Positions 6,892-17,818 of a stretch of 64,000 nt of DNA are shown one piece after another. The notes under the pieces are model-generated. The model saw only the letters and a program-made list of their open reading frames with translations. It was not told where the DNA came from and ran no database searches. Made by a program: the position numbers and the translations under genes. Origin of the DNA: Nitrospirota bacterium (lineage in GTDB: Bacteria; Nitrospirota; Thermodesulfovibrionia; Thermodesulfovibrionales; JdFR-85); contig JAADGG010000060.1 of assembly GCA_013152485.1 (NCBI GenBank), positions 4,542 to 68,541 on the forward strand, written 5' to 3'. How positions within the stretch are numbered: position 1 is the first letter of the stretch; each line of letters starts with the position of its first letter.

Positions 6892-8971
6892 AGATGATCT
6901 CCCGCTGATCGAGGTCCACCCTGTCGACCCTCACCCTGATCTCATCGCCTATGGAGAACCTCTTCTTCTTCCGCCTCCCGACGAGCTGGAGGTTTCTCTC
7001 GTCATAGATGTAGTAGTCGTCGGTCAGGTAGGAGACGTGGAGAAAGCCGTCGACGTAGAAGTCCTTGAGCCTCACCTTTATGCCTCTCGGTGTGACGCCG
7101 ACTATCCGCGCATCAAGTTCCTCGCCGACCTTGGCCTTCATGAACCACGCGCGCATGGCAGCCACCACGGCCCTCTCTGCATCGTCGGCAAGCCTCTCCA
7201 TCCGAGAGCAATGGAAAGCTGTCCCCGGAAGGGTCTCTTCGAGCTCCCTGACCCTCTCCGGCCTCATCTTTCTTCTTCGGAGCACCTCCCTGAGTATCCT
7301 GTGGACGACGAGGTCCGAGTAGCGCCTTATGGGGGATGTGAAGTGGGTGTAACACTCGGAGGCAAGCCCGAAGTGCCCCACATTCTGGACGGAGTATCTG
7401 GCCTGTTTCAGGGAGCGAAGGACTATGTAGTTGACGACGTCCTCTTCAGGCCTTCCCCTGACCCTGTCGAGTATATACGGCAGGTCCTTGACCGTCAAGT
7501 TTCTCCTCCTGATATTGGTCACCGCCTTCACCACCTTCAGGATCTCCTCCATCTTGCTCTGGTCGGGAGGCTCGTGTATCCTGTAGATCGAAGGAACGCC
7601 CTTTGCATACAGGCTCTCTGCAACGGCCTCGTTTGCAGCGATCATGAATTCCTCTATGATCATGTGGGCGAAGTTACGCTCCGCCACCACGATGTCTTCG
7701 GGGTTGCCCCTAAGATCGAGCAGGACCTCGGGTTCGGGAAGGTCGAAATCGAGGCTTCCCCTCTTGAGACGTCTCTCCCTGAGGACGCCGCACAACTCGC
7801 CCATCAGTTCGAATTCCCTGAGGAGATAACCGTAGCGCTGCCTCAGCTTCCTGTCCCCGTCGACGAGGATCTGCTTCACCTGTGTATAGGTCATCCTTTC
7901 GTCGCTGCGTATGACGCTGGGATAGAACCTCTGCCTGATCCTCTCTCCTTCACGCGTAAAATCCATCTCCACTGTAAAGGCGAGCCTGGGCACCTTGGGC
8001 TTCAGGCTGCATATGTCCTCGGACAGTTTCTTCGGGAGCATGGGAACGACCCGGTCGGGAAGATAGACGCTCGTCGCCCTCCTCTTAGCCTCCCTGTCGA
8101 TGTTGCTGTCCCAGGGCACGTAATAACCGACATCGGCTATGTGGACATAGAGGGTATAGCCGAACTTTCTGAGCTTGATGGATATGGCGTCGTCAAAGTC
8201 CTTCGCCCTTTCGCCGTCTATGGTGACGGTGGGCAAGCCCTGGAGGTCCTTTCTCCTGTCAGGGCTGACGTCTTGGATCTCTCCGGTAAGGGCCCTGGCC
8301 TCCCTTGTGACGTCTGCAGGAAACTTTCTCGGCAGATTGAACTCATCTATTATGGACTCGACCTCCTCTGCAGGGACCTCGGGCTTTTTCAGCTTCTTTA
8401 TGACCTTGCCGGAGGGCGGCCGCTTGTCGGTCGGGTAGCTCAGGATCTCGACGACCACCATGTCGCCGTTTCGGGCGTTCTTTCTGTCTTTCGGTGCAAC
8501 ATATATGTCGAAGGGGATATCCCGCCTCTTGGGCCGCACAAAGGACACCCCCTTTGTTATCTCAATCGTTCCGACCAGCCTGGTCTGGGCGCGTTCGAGT
8601 ATCCTGAGTATCCTTCCATCCCTCTTCCTGGGGTTCTCTATCCTCACGATCACCCGGTCACCGGCCATTGCACCGAGCGTCGCCTTGGATGGCACAAACA
8701 CGTCCCGTTGTCCGGGGTCTTCGGGGATGACAAAACCGTAGCCATCCCTGTGCGCCTCAAAGTAACCCTTTACAAGGCTCATCTCCTCGGGCATTCCGTA
8801 TCTGCCCTGCCGGGTCATTATGAGTGCGCCGCTTCTGACCAGTCCCCGCAGGATCTTCTTGAGGTGACGCGCCTCTTTCGGTGTAAGCCCCATCTGGGAG
8901 ACGGTCTCCTTGAAGCTGAGGGGACGGCTGCACGTGCTGAAGAACTTAAGGACTCTCTCCTTGTTTATCAT
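6872..8971 (-). CDS. rnr: Ribonuclease R (3'-5' exoribonuclease, RNB family)
   Basis: 699-aa ORF with an N-terminal HTH/cold-shock-like region and a central RNB domain (DFDDAISI..., HFGLASECYTHFTSPIRRY). A C-terminal S1-like domain is present. Confidence 0.9.
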   Translation of the reverse strand: MINKERVLKFFSTCSRPLSFKETVSQMGLTPKEARHLKKILRGLVRSGALIMTRQGRYGMPEEMSLVKGYFEAHRDGYGFVIPEDPGQRDVFVPSKATLGAMAGDRVIVRIENPRKRDGRILRILERAQTRLVGTIEITKGVSFVRPKRRDIPFDIYVAPKDRKNARNGDMVVVEILSYPTDKRPPSGKVIKKLKKPEVPAEEVESIIDEFNLPRKFPADVTREARALTGEIQDVSPDRRKDLQGLPTVTIDGERAKDFDDAISIKLRKFGYTLYVHIADVGYYVPWDSNIDREAKRRATSVYLPDRVVPMLPKKLSEDICSLKPKVPRLAFTVEMDFTREGERIRQRFYPSVIRSDERMTYTQVKQILVDGDRKLRQRYGYLLREFELMGELCGVLRERRLKRGSLDFDLPEPEVLLDLRGNPEDIVVAERNFAHMIIEEFMIAANEAVAESLYAKGVPSIYRIHEPPDQSKMEEILKVVKAVTNIRRRNLTVKDLPYILDRVRGRPEEDVVNYIVLRSLKQARYSVQNVGHFGLASECYTHFTSPIRRYSDLVVHRILREVLRRRKMRPERVRELEETLPGTAFHCSRMERLADDAERAVVAAMRAWFMKAKVGEELDARIVGVTPRGIKVRLKDFYVDGFLHVSYLTDDYYIYDERNLQLVGRRKKKRFSIGDEIRVRVDRVDLDQREIIFGLPRA

Positions 8972-9020
8972 CTCCGAATCTCCCCCCGACCATCCATACT
9001 GCCCCTTCTTTCAACGGGCA

Positions 9021-9980
9021 TCAGAGACAGTCCAGCAGGTCCTCGATATCGGCACTGCTGCCGAGAAAGAGAGGAACCCTCTGATGCAATGAATCCGGTT
9101 TGACCTTCAGGATGTCTTCTTTCCCTGTGGTCGCCTTGCCGCCTGCATGCTCTATGAGAAAAGCCATCGGGGATGCCTCGTAGAGGAGCCTCAGCTTTCC
9201 GCTCTTGTTCTTCTTGTCGGCCGGGTAGGCGAATACGCCGCCCTTTATAAGTGTCCTGTGGACATCGGCGACCATGGAGCCTATGTATCTTGCAGTGTAT
9301 CCCTTCTGCTTCAGGGAGTCGATATATCTCCTCAGGCCGTCCTCCCATCCCGGATAGTTGGATTCGTTTATGGAATAGGTCTTCCCGCGCTCCGGGAGCC
9401 TCATGTTGGGATGAGAAAGAAGGAAGAGTCCGACTGCCGGGTCAAGGGTGAAGCCGTTCACTCCGTTGCCGGTGGAGTAGACCATCATCGTGGAAGAACC
9501 GTAAACGATATAGCCTGCCGCGACCTGCTTGTGTCCCTCCTGGAAGAAATCCTCGACCGTCCCCTTTACCTTCTTGTGGATCGAAAAGATGGTTCCTATG
9601 TTGACGTTCACGTCTATGTTGGATGAGCCGTCCAGGGGATCGAAGGCTATTATATACTTGCCGTCCTTCCCCTTGTCCGGAAAGATCGCCTCATCGAGTT
9701 CCTCGGAGGCAAGGGCGTAGAACTGTCCGCTGTCTGCAAGGTGGCGGATCATCATCCTGTTCGACATCTCGTCGAGTTTCTGAACCTCCTCTCCCTGAAC
9801 ATTGACCTTTCCCGCCTTTCCCAGTATGTCGGCCAGGCCCGCCATGCGTACGTGTGAGGCGATGATCTTTGTAGCCGTCTCTATAGCGGTCAGAGCCAGA
9901 GATAACGAACCCGTGGCATATGAGTACCTGCGTTCCTCCTCCAGAATAAACCTGTTTAAATCCATACCTAACTGTCCCAT
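9021..9980 (-). CDS. fbp: Fructose-1,6-bisphosphatase class I
   Basis: 319-aa ORF. FBPase-I features are present: ...LDEMSN..., DPLDGSSNIDVNV, GSMVADVHRTLIKGGVFAYP. Confidence 0.9.
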   Translation of the reverse strand: MGQLGMDLNRFILEEERRYSYATGSLSLALTAIETATKIIASHVRMAGLADILGKAGKVNVQGEEVQKLDEMSNRMMIRHLADSGQFYALASEELDEAIFPDKGKDGKYIIAFDPLDGSSNIDVNVNIGTIFSIHKKVKGTVEDFFQEGHKQVAAGYIVYGSSTMMVYSTGNGVNGFTLDPAVGLFLLSHPNMRLPERGKTYSINESNYPGWEDGLRRYIDSLKQKGYTARYIGSMVADVHRTLIKGGVFAYPADKKNKSGKLRLLYEASPMAFLIEHAGGKATTGKEDILKVKPDSLHQRVPLFLGSSADIEDLLDCL

Positions 9981-10036
9981 AGCTCCTCCTTGATTGTAAA
10001 AGATTTTATCCTCATGCCAAGCAGGTGTTTTGCAAG

Positions 10037-10112
10037 GTGGAGCCGGGGGGGGGACTCGAACCCCTGACCTGCTGATTACGAATCAGCTGCTCTACCAGCT
10101 GAGCTACCCCGG
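10037..10112 (-). tRNA. tRNA-Thr (anticodon CGU), CCA encoded
   Basis: Hand-folded cloverleaf: acceptor GCCGGGG/CCCCGGC, D arm GCTC/GAGC, anticodon stem GCTGA/TCAGC, loop TTCGTAA, T loop TTCGAGT. The first T-stem pair is A.C, within a run of nine C. Confidence 0.85.
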
Positions 10113-10326
10113 CTGATCAAATACTGATTGGGCGATCAATGGTCATCTGGCGTAAAGAGACGGCTTCTCACTCTCCTCCCTCGCACCGCCTCAAAGACTC
10201 CGGAGGCCGGCACCCGAGAGAGAACCGCCCGGTTACCGGATATAATTATACACCAAACCGTCTCCATTTTGCCTCCTTAATGTTAAAATAGCATACAAGG
10301 TCGATCATGGCCGTACCAGAGTCAAC

Positions 10327-11085
10327 ATGATGCCGCGATGGAGAGAGAACATATACTTCACTCTGATAACCCCCCGAGAACCCGGCAATATAGGGGCTGC
10401 TGCGAGGGCCATCAAGAATACGGGGTTTTCTAACCTCGACCTGGTCAGTCCGCCTGACAATCACACGGAGGGACAGGACCTGTGGCTCGCATGTCACGCC
10501 ACTGACGTACTCAGGGAAGCGGCGGTCTACGATTCGGTCGACGAGGCGCTGAAGGACAAGGCCCTCGTGGTCGGCACATCGAGAAGGGTCGGTAAGAAGA
10601 GGGGGTTGTTCCTCAGCCTCAAGGAAGGGGTGAAAGAGGTGGTGAAGGCAGCGGGAAGAAACAGGGTCGCCATACTCTTCGGCAGGGAGGACCGGGGACT
10701 CACCAACGAGGAAGTGGAGCGGTGCGGTTTTCTAATGTACATACCGACGGCCGCAGATGCGCCATCACTGAACCTCGCCCAGGCGGTACTGCTCGTGGCC
10801 TACGAGCTTGCGTGCCAGAGACTCGAGACAGAAAGCCCGCGGCTTGTCCCTTACGGAGAGATGCAGCTGCTCTTTGAGCATATCCGGAAGACTCTGAGGC
10901 TCCTCGGCTACATCCCCAGGGGCGACCGGGACATGGAGGAGCGGATAATGCGCAACCTGAGACACCTGCTGGGACGCTCGGGACTCACACCGTGGGAGGC
11001 CGGAATGATCCACGGCATCTGCAGCCGGATAGAGAGGGTGATCACGGAAGGAGAGGCGATCAGGAGCAAATATCAGGGGAATTGA
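10327..11085 (+). CDS. trmJ: SpoU-family tRNA 2'-O-methyltransferase (TrmJ-like)
   Basis: 252-aa ORF. The N-terminal SpoU domain carries PREPGNIGAAARAIKNTGF, FGREDRGLTNEE and SLNLAQAVLLVAYE, followed by a C-terminal extension as in TrmJ. Confidence 0.7.
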   Translation: MMPRWRENIYFTLITPREPGNIGAAARAIKNTGFSNLDLVSPPDNHTEGQDLWLACHATDVLREAAVYDSVDEALKDKALVVGTSRRVGKKRGLFLSLKEGVKEVVKAAGRNRVAILFGREDRGLTNEEVERCGFLMYIPTAADAPSLNLAQAVLLVAYELACQRLETESPRLVPYGEMQLLFEHIRKTLRLLGYIPRGDRDMEERIMRNLRHLLGRSGLTPWEAGMIHGICSRIERVITEGEAIRSKYQGN

Positions 11086-11164
11086 TGTAAAATAGGACCG
11101 CCGGCCCGGACGGCGTCGGAACAGAACTCTCGATTGCTAAACAACAGCCAAGGAGGTATGCATC

Positions 11165-11662
11165 ATGTTGATCAGGGGCAGGACATGGAGGTTTGGAGCA
11201 GACATCGATACGGACGCCATCATACCTGCACGATATCTGAACACGTCGGATCCGCACGAGCTTGCAAAGCACGTCATGGAGGATGCAGACCCCGGTTTTC
11301 CCGGCAAGGTGAAGGCCGGAGACATAATCGTGGCGGACAAGAACTTCGGCTGCGGGTCGTCACGCGAGCATGCACCTATCGCAATAAAGGCCGCCGGCAT
11401 ACAGGCCGTTGTGGCGAAGAGCTTTGCTCGGATATTCTACCGTAATGCCTTCAACATAGGGCTTCCCATATTCGAGTCGGCCGAGGCATCAGAGAAGATA
11501 CGCGAGGGTGACGAGATAGAGATCGACGCAGACTCGGGGATCATAAGGAACCTCTCAAGGAATGAAGAGTATCATGCCAAACCCATCCCGCCGTTCATGC
11601 AGGAACTGATCGAGGCAGGAGGGTTGGTGGAGTGGACACGAAGAAAGATAAAGGCGGCATGA
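11165..11662 (+). CDS. leuD: 3-isopropylmalate dehydratase small subunit (short archaeal-type LeuD)
   Basis: 165-aa ORF behind SD AAGGAGG. Motifs: [45 protein letters not shown]. No large subunit is adjacent. Confidence 0.8.
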   Translation: MLIRGRTWRFGADIDTDAIIPARYLNTSDPHELAKHVMEDADPGFPGKVKAGDIIVADKNFGCGSSREHAPIAIKAAGIQAVVAKSFARIFYRNAFNIGLPIFESAEASEKIREGDEIEIDADSGIIRNLSRNEEYHAKPIPPFMQELIEAGGLVEWTRRKIKAA

Positions 11663-13713
11663 CTGCAGGGCGTTCATTCCTGACCGACTACGACCTGTAC
11701 CTCTTCGGCGAGGGAAATCACCTCCGGATCTATGAAAAGCTCGGGGCCCACGTAATCGAGGTCGACGGCAGAAAGGGCGTGCATTTCGCCCTGTGGGCAC
11801 CGAATGCCCGCGAGGTCAGCGTGATCGGGTCCTTCAACGACTGGGATCCTTCCGCCGACAGGCTGAATCCGCCGGGGCCTTCCGGGATATGGACGCTCTT
11901 CATCCCCGGCATCGGCGAGGGCGAACTGTACAAGTATCACATCAAGTCACGCATAAACGACATCGTCAGGATAAAGAGCGATCCCTACGCCTTCTATTCC
12001 GAGGTGAGGCCTAAGACCGCCAGCATAGTATACGACATAGACCGGTATCAATGGAACGACAGCGAGTGGCTCGACGCAAGGGCCACGGCCGACTACCTGC
12101 AGAGACCTCTAAACATATACGAAGTACACCTCGGCTCGTGGAAACGGAAGACCGGCGGCGGCTTTCTTACATACCGTGAACTTGCCGCCGAACTGATACC
12201 CTACGTCAAGAGGCTCGGCTACACACACATCGAGCTCCTCCCCGTCACCGAACACCCGCTTGATGCATCATGGGGTTATCAGACCACCGGTTACTTCGCT
12301 CCGACGAGCAGGTTCGGCACACCGGAGGACTTCATGTACTTCGTGGACATGTGCCATCAGTCGGGCATAGGCGTGATCCTCGACTGGGTTCCCGGCCACT
12401 TCCCGCGGGACGACCATGCGCTGAGGTTCTTCGACGGCACATGCCTCTATGAATACGAAGACCCCCGCAAGGGAGAACACAAGGAATGGGGTACTCTCAT
12501 CTTCAACTACGGGAGGCACGAGGTAGCCAATTTCCTGAAGGCATCCGCCTTCTTCTGGCTCGACAGGTATCACATAGACGGACTGAGGGTGGATGCGGTT
12601 GCATCGATGCTCTACCTCGACTACTCGAGACAGGACGGTGAATGGGTCCCGAACATCTACGGCGGGAACGAGAACCTCGAGGCGATAGACTTCCTGAAGA
12701 AGTTCAACGAGGTCGTGCACCTGCACTTTCCGGGTGTGATAACCATTGCAGAGGAGTCGACGGCATGGCCTGGAGTCTCGAGGCCCACATATCTCGGCGG
12801 ACTCGGGTTCACCATGAAGTGGAACATGGGGTGGATGCACGACACACTCGAGTACTTCACTAAGGACCCCGTCTTCAGGAAGTACCACCACGGCAACCTC
12901 ACGTTCGGGCTGATCTACGCATTCTCAGAGAACTTCGTCCTGCCTCTCTCCCACGACGAGGTGGTCTACGGCAAGAGGTCCCTGCTGGACAAGATGCCCG
13001 GGGACGTGTGGCAGAAGTTTGCAAACCTCCGTACGCTCTACGGGTTCATGTTCGGACACCCGGGAAAGAAACTCCTCTTCATGGGCGGAGAGTTCGGCCA
13101 ATGGTGGGAGTGGAACCACGACGCCGAGCTGCAGTGGAACCTCCTCGGGGAAGGTGACTATCACAGGGGCCTGATGAGGTTCGTCAGGGACCTCAACCTG
13201 CTCTACATGTCTGAACCGTCGCTCTACGAGGTCGATTTCAGGCAGGAGGGATTCGAGTGGATCGACTTCTCGGACGCCGAGCAGAGCGTGCTCTCATTCA
13301 TACGGAGGGCGGCAGACCCGGAAGACTTTCTGGTCTTTGTCTGCAACTTCACCCCGGTGCCGCGATACAAATACTTGATCGGCGTCCCTGAGCCCGGATT
13401 CTACAGAGAGGTCCTGAACAGTGACTCTGCGATATACGGCGGCTCCGACGTCGGAAACCTCGGAGGGGTCGAGGCAGTGGACGACTCGGTACACGGACGC
13501 CCCTACTCGTTGGAGATCACCCTACCCCCCCTCGGTGTCCTTGTATTCAAGCCCGAGAGGAACGCCTCGGGAGGGGGGTCAGGACATCTGCAGACTACAG
13601 ACTCCTCCAGGAAGACGGCTGACCCACCGGCCGGGAAGCGCGGAAAAGGAGTGAAGCCGGGGGCACCCGTCACAGCCGGCGCACAACGCCCGGGGAGTCA
13701 TCTCAGGCACTGA
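11659..13713 (+). CDS. glgB: 1,4-alpha-glucan branching enzyme
   Basis: Alpha-amylase-family regions [32 protein letters not shown] and LSHDEVV are present. I prefer the ATG at 11659, which forms an ATGA overlap with the leuD stop. The track start at 11632 is also possible. The C-terminal ~55 aa are low-complexity. Confidence 0.85.
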   Translation: MTAGRSFLTDYDLYLFGEGNHLRIYEKLGAHVIEVDGRKGVHFALWAPNAREVSVIGSFNDWDPSADRLNPPGPSGIWTLFIPGIGEGELYKYHIKSRINDIVRIKSDPYAFYSEVRPKTASIVYDIDRYQWNDSEWLDARATADYLQRPLNIYEVHLGSWKRKTGGGFLTYRELAAELIPYVKRLGYTHIELLPVTEHPLDASWGYQTTGYFAPTSRFGTPEDFMYFVDMCHQSGIGVILDWVPGHFPRDDHALRFFDGTCLYEYEDPRKGEHKEWGTLIFNYGRHEVANFLKASAFFWLDRYHIDGLRVDAVASMLYLDYSRQDGEWVPNIYGGNENLEAIDFLKKFNEVVHLHFPGVITIAEESTAWPGVSRPTYLGGLGFTMKWNMGWMHDTLEYFTKDPVFRKYHHGNLTFGLIYAFSENFVLPLSHDEVVYGKRSLLDKMPGDVWQKFANLRTLYGFMFGHPGKKLLFMGGEFGQWWEWNHDAELQWNLLGEGDYHRGLMRFVRDLNLLYMSEPSLYEVDFRQEGFEWIDFSDAEQSVLSFIRRAADPEDFLVFVCNFTPVPRYKYLIGVPEPGFYREVLNSDSAIYGGSDVGNLGGVEAVDDSVHGRPYSLEITLPPLGVLVFKPERNASGGGSGHLQTTDSSRKTADPPAGKRGKGVKPGAPVTAGAQRPGSHLRH

Positions 13714-15340
13714 CAGCCTCTTCGGTCAGGCGTGCAGCGGTCCCGAATATAGCGTCCTTTTCCTCAGGGGTCCTCGCCTCTATGTAGAACCTCACCTTCG
13801 GCTCTGTTCCCGACGGCCTGATCATGAGCCATGAGCCGTCCTCGAGCACTATCTTGGTACCGTCGACGGTTATAAGATCCTTGACCGTCATCGACCTGCC
13901 GCCGATCTGGATCGTGCTGCCGGGGGGATATTTTTCCCTGATCACGGAGAGCTTCTTCTTCAGTGGTTCACCGACGAGCGAGCGGTCCACCTCGATCCCG
14001 GAGCGGTCCGGGTAATAGCGGCCATACTCCTCCATAAGCTCTCCGAGGTATTCGCCAAGGTTTTTCCCGGTGGTCGCAACCATCTCGATCGCAAGGAGCA
14101 GTGCGAAGAGGGCGTCCTTCTCAAGCGTATGGTTGTAACCGGATATACCGTCGGATTCCTCGAAGGCGACGATCGCCCGCTCCTGGGCATCCGGCAGCAG
14201 GTAGGGACGGAAGTTCTTGAACCCGACCCTGGTCTCCCGCACCGCGATCCCGAGCCTTTCAGCGATTGCATTGACGAAATTGCTCGTTCCGACCGACTTC
14301 ACGGCAATCCCTTCTATTCCCTTGTACACGTGAAGGAAGTGCAGGGCCATTGCACCGAAGTAGTTCATCGGTATCTGCATGGTATGGTCTGCGAACCTTA
14401 TCCTGTCGCCGTCTGGATCCATGATCACCCCGAGCCTGAAACGTGCACTGCTTGTCCCCAGCACTCTCTCCACCCCTTCCATGTTGCGTGCCGAAGGCTC
14501 CGGCGCCACACCCCCGAAAAGGAAGTCGTCCTCCGTTCTCAACAAGACGAGTTTCCTCCGGACATCCCCTGTCGCACCCAGCAACCTTTCGGGACGCCCC
14601 CTGGTTGCACCATGGACGTGATCAACCACAACAAGGCAGTCTCCATCCGCGACGAACTCCCTGATCTTCTCGAGGTTCAGCGTCCCGCGGCTTCTTACGT
14701 ACTTGATATAGAGCCCGGTGGTGTCAATCTCTTCATAATCGATGCCCTCTGCACTGCCTCCACTGCCTTCCACCCCGCCCGTCTGCATCAGGGCGTTAGC
14801 CTCGGCCTGGATCACGTCCGTTATCTCCGAACCGGCCGGACCGCCGTCGGAGGGGTTGAACTTGAGCCCCGAGTAGTTGGAAGGATTGTGAGAGGGCGTG
14901 ATATTGACGGAACATGCGGCATTGCGCACGACTATGGAGGCCGATATCTCGGGCGTGGTCGTCTCTCCGGCATAGTACACTCTTATTCCCTCTGCGGCGA
15001 GCATGCCCATGACCTCCTTTGCGAACTCCGGTCCGAGGAAGCGGTTGTCGTGTCCAACGATTATCCCCCTCTGCCGGACATCGCCGAAGTCCCTGATGCC
15101 GAGCGCGGCCCTTATGCCAGGATCGTCCGTCTTGAGTGTATTGATGATGGCCCTGGTGACCACCCTGATGTTGTGAAAAGTAAAGTCTGTCCCGATCTCT
15201 CCCCTCCAGCCCGATGTACCGAATACGATCCGGGAAGGTGCCTTGTTTTCGCGCGCGAATCTTTCTATCTCCGGCAGGAGATCCGTGTTCAAGTCCTTCT
15301 GAATAGTCTTCCAGCATTCTTCGGCGCTGTCGAGCCCCAT
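13703..15340 (-). CDS. Phosphoglucomutase/phosphomannomutase family protein
   Basis: 545-aa ORF with the phosphoserine loop [13 protein letters not shown], the metal loop DPDGDR and the N-terminal GTSGWRG. It overlaps the glgB 3' end convergently by 11 nt. Confidence 0.85.
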   Translation of the reverse strand: MGLDSAEECWKTIQKDLNTDLLPEIERFARENKAPSRIVFGTSGWRGEIGTDFTFHNIRVVTRAIINTLKTDDPGIRAALGIRDFGDVRQRGIIVGHDNRFLGPEFAKEVMGMLAAEGIRVYYAGETTTPEISASIVVRNAACSVNITPSHNPSNYSGLKFNPSDGGPAGSEITDVIQAEANALMQTGGVEGSGGSAEGIDYEEIDTTGLYIKYVRSRGTLNLEKIREFVADGDCLVVVDHVHGATRGRPERLLGATGDVRRKLVLLRTEDDFLFGGVAPEPSARNMEGVERVLGTSSARFRLGVIMDPDGDRIRFADHTMQIPMNYFGAMALHFLHVYKGIEGIAVKSVGTSNFVNAIAERLGIAVRETRVGFKNFRPYLLPDAQERAIVAFEESDGISGYNHTLEKDALFALLLAIEMVATTGKNLGEYLGELMEEYGRYYPDRSGIEVDRSLVGEPLKKKLSVIREKYPPGSTIQIGGRSMTVKDLITVDGTKIVLEDGSWLMIRPSGTEPKVRFYIEARTPEEKDAIFGTAARLTEEAVSA

Positions 15341-15438
15341 GTCTGAATTCCTCCTTCAAAGTTTGAATTGGTTTATGATATTATACATAAGTTTTCATCC
15401 GTTCAGCCATGAATCACAAGGAAGGGAGCCTTAATATC

Positions 15439-16506
15439 ATGTCAAACTCTTACAGCATCGCCGTCATACCAGGTGACGGAACAGGCCCTGAAGTAGTCAG
15501 GGAAGGGATAAAGGTCCTCGAGTCGGCATCCAGAAGGTTCGGCTTCAAGATGGACTTCTCTCACTATGACCTGGGCGGGGACAGGTATCTCAAGACAGGA
15601 GAGACTCTCACCGACAGCATCATCGAAGAGCTCAGGAGACACGATGCCATATATCTGGGCGCCATCGGACACCCTGACGTGAAACCGGGCATCCTGGAAA
15701 GGGGCATATTGCTCAGGCTCCGCTTCGAGCTCGACCAGTACATTAACCTCAGGCCCATAAAACTCTACCCCGGGGTCGAGTGCCCGCTCAAGGACAAGGG
15801 CCCGGAACACATAGACTTTGTGGTGGTCAGGGAGAACACCGAAGGCCTCTATGTGGGCGGCGGGGCCTTCCTGAGAAGGGGAACGCCCAATGAGGTGGCG
15901 ATCCAGGAATCGGTCAACACACGGTTGGGCGCGGAAAGGTGCATAAGGTTCGCGCTGCAGTACTGCCGGAAGCGTAACAAGTCCAGGAAGCTGACACTCT
16001 GCGGCAAGACCAACGTTCTCACCTATGCGTGGGACCTCTGGCAGAGGACCTTCGAGGAGGTTTCGAAAGAGTATCCGGATATCCAGACCGACTATGCCCA
16101 CGTGGATGCCATAACGATGTGGTTCGTGAAGAACCCCGAGTGGTTCGACGTAATCGTCACCGACAACATGTTCGGCGACATCATAACCGACCTCGGGGCA
16201 ATGATACAGGGGGGGATGGGAATAGCCGCCGGAGGAAACATCAATCCCGAAGGTGTCAGCATGTTTGAACCGATAGGGGGCTCGGCGCCCAAGTATACAG
16301 GCAAAAACGTCATAAATCCGCTCGCGGCCATCTGTGCGGGGGGGATGATGCTCGAACACCTCGGTGAGGATGCTGCAGCAGCGGCTGTAGAGAAGGCGGT
16401 GATGGAGGTGACGGGCAAGCACATCAACAGCCTCGCTGCAGGCAGGATGGGCTACAGCACCTCCGAGGTCGGGGATCTCGTTGCAGACTATGTAAGCAGG
16501 CTCTGA
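15439..16506 (+). CDS. leuB: Isopropylmalate/tartrate dehydrogenase-family enzyme (probable 3-isopropylmalate dehydrogenase)
   Basis: Motifs: [44 protein letters not shown]. The start is moved to the ATG at 15439, behind AAGGAAGGGAG. Subfamily (LeuB versus tartrate/D-malate dehydrogenase) is not resolvable by eye. Confidence 0.7.
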   Translation: MSNSYSIAVIPGDGTGPEVVREGIKVLESASRRFGFKMDFSHYDLGGDRYLKTGETLTDSIIEELRRHDAIYLGAIGHPDVKPGILERGILLRLRFELDQYINLRPIKLYPGVECPLKDKGPEHIDFVVVRENTEGLYVGGGAFLRRGTPNEVAIQESVNTRLGAERCIRFALQYCRKRNKSRKLTLCGKTNVLTYAWDLWQRTFEEVSKEYPDIQTDYAHVDAITMWFVKNPEWFDVIVTDNMFGDIITDLGAMIQGGMGIAAGGNINPEGVSMFEPIGGSAPKYTGKNVINPLAAICAGGMMLEHLGEDAAAAAVEKAVMEVTGKHINSLAAGRMGYSTSEVGDLVADYVSRL

Positions 16507-16737
16507 CACCGAACACAGAGTCGATGTTACGGCAAATGCGGTGCCCTCCGAACTCTCTGCCCGCAAACACGGATCGTGAAAGAAGAGAAGGGCGGGAAGA
16601 AGCCAGAGGGTAACGGTCTCCGTGTTTCTTACAAGTCAAGTAAAGAAAGATAGAGAAGGGTCTCTAAAGGGCCAGGTTTCGGGAAGAGACCGAACAAGAG
16701 AGGAAAAACATAAACCATTGTGTAAGGAGTAGCGACC

Positions 16738-17757
16738 ATGCTCAACAGGAAGGAAAGGTATAGAGTAGCCGTCGTCGGTGCAACCGGCGCCGTCGGTGAA
16801 GAGATGATCTCCATTCTCGACGAAAGGAAGTTTCCGGTGGAGGAGCTCCTCCCGTTTGCATCGGAGAGGTCCGAGGGCAAGAGGATAGAGTTCAGGGGCA
16901 GATCCATCGTGGTAAACACCCTCAAGGAGGATTCCTTTGAAGGAGTCGATATCGCGCTCTTCTCAGCCGGTGGTGAGAGGTCGAAGAGGTGGGCACCGGT
17001 GGCCGCACGTGCGGGGTGCGTGGTGATCGACAATTCGTCCGCGTGGCGGATGGATCCGGACGTGCCCCTGGTGGTCCCGGAGGTGAATCCAGGCGACATC
17101 GGGCTGCACAAGGGAATAATCGCGAATCCGAACTGCTCGACCATACAGATGGTGGTGGCGCTCAAGCCGATCCATGATGCAGCGAGGATAAAGAGGGTGG
17201 TGGTCACGACGTTTCAGTCGGTCTCCGGAACCGGCAAGAAGGCGATGGACGAACTGCTTAAGCAGACGACCGACATGCTCAGCTTCAAGTCGGTCGAGTG
17301 CAAGGTCTATCCGCATCAGATAGCCTTCAACGTGCTGCCTCACATCGATACGTTCCTCGACAACGGATACACCAAAGAAGAGATGAAGATGGTCAACGAG
17401 ACCAGAAAGATCCTCGGTGACGACTCCATAAGGGTGACGGCCACGACCGTGAGGGTTCCCGTCTTCAGGTGTCACTCCGAGAGCGTCAACGTGGAGACGG
17501 AGAAGAAGCTGTCGGCCAACGAGGTGAGGGCCCTGCTTGCAGGATTCCCCGGCATCGTGATCTTCGACGCACCGGAGAAGAACGTCTATCCCCTGCCGGT
17601 CGAGCTGGCAGGAAAAGACGAGGTTTACATAGGCCGGATAAGGGAGGACGAGTCCGTGGAAAACGGCATAAACATGTGGATTGTGGCGGACAACCTCAGA
17701 AAGGGGGCCGCCCTCAACGCCGTTCAGATCGCGGAGAAGCTGATCGGATCCGCATAA
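16738..17757 (+). CDS. asd: Aspartate-semialdehyde dehydrogenase
   Basis: 339-aa ORF with VGATGAVG (NAD(P) fold) and the active-site NPNCSTIQM. Confidence 0.9.
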   Translation: MLNRKERYRVAVVGATGAVGEEMISILDERKFPVEELLPFASERSEGKRIEFRGRSIVVNTLKEDSFEGVDIALFSAGGERSKRWAPVAARAGCVVIDNSSAWRMDPDVPLVVPEVNPGDIGLHKGIIANPNCSTIQMVVALKPIHDAARIKRVVVTTFQSVSGTGKKAMDELLKQTTDMLSFKSVECKVYPHQIAFNVLPHIDTFLDNGYTKEEMKMVNETRKILGDDSIRVTATTVRVPVFRCHSESVNVETEKKLSANEVRALLAGFPGIVIFDAPEKNVYPLPVELAGKDEVYIGRIREDESVENGINMWIVADNLRKGAALNAVQIAEKLIGSA

Positions 17758-17818
17758 CGATTCAGCCGGGGGAATCAAACCGCTTGTACACCGTCCGTTT
17801 TTATGTTAAAATTACTTC

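Noticed and set aside
7037-9103. Very long ORFs antisense to confidently assigned genes: 7037-9103 (688 aa, opposite rnr), 643-1854, 14129-15346, 15442-16566, 25639-26589, 30781-32202, 43223-44644, 55707-56807 and 57610-58944.
   Set aside because: Their translations are Arg/Pro/Gly/His-rich low-complexity sequence with no recognisable motifs. Each lies opposite a gene with clear family signatures. They are typical shadow ORFs of GC-rich, stop-poor antisense frames.
10037-10112. Run of nine C (G9 on the plus strand) in tRNA-Thr giving an A.C mismatch at the first T-stem pair; possible pseudogene or homopolymer sequencing error.
   Set aside because: The rest of the cloverleaf is canonical with a perfect acceptor stem and encoded CCA. 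A single terminal T-stem mismatch is tolerated in functional tRNAs. This cannot be resolved without reads.
16507-16737. Purine-rich 230-nt leader upstream of asd with a 9-bp long-range pairing (aaacacgga 16566-16574 / tccgtgttt 16619-16627); considered as a lysine riboswitch.
   Set aside because: I could not recognise the lysine-riboswitch core or any other known aptamer. One 9-bp pairing is weak evidence.
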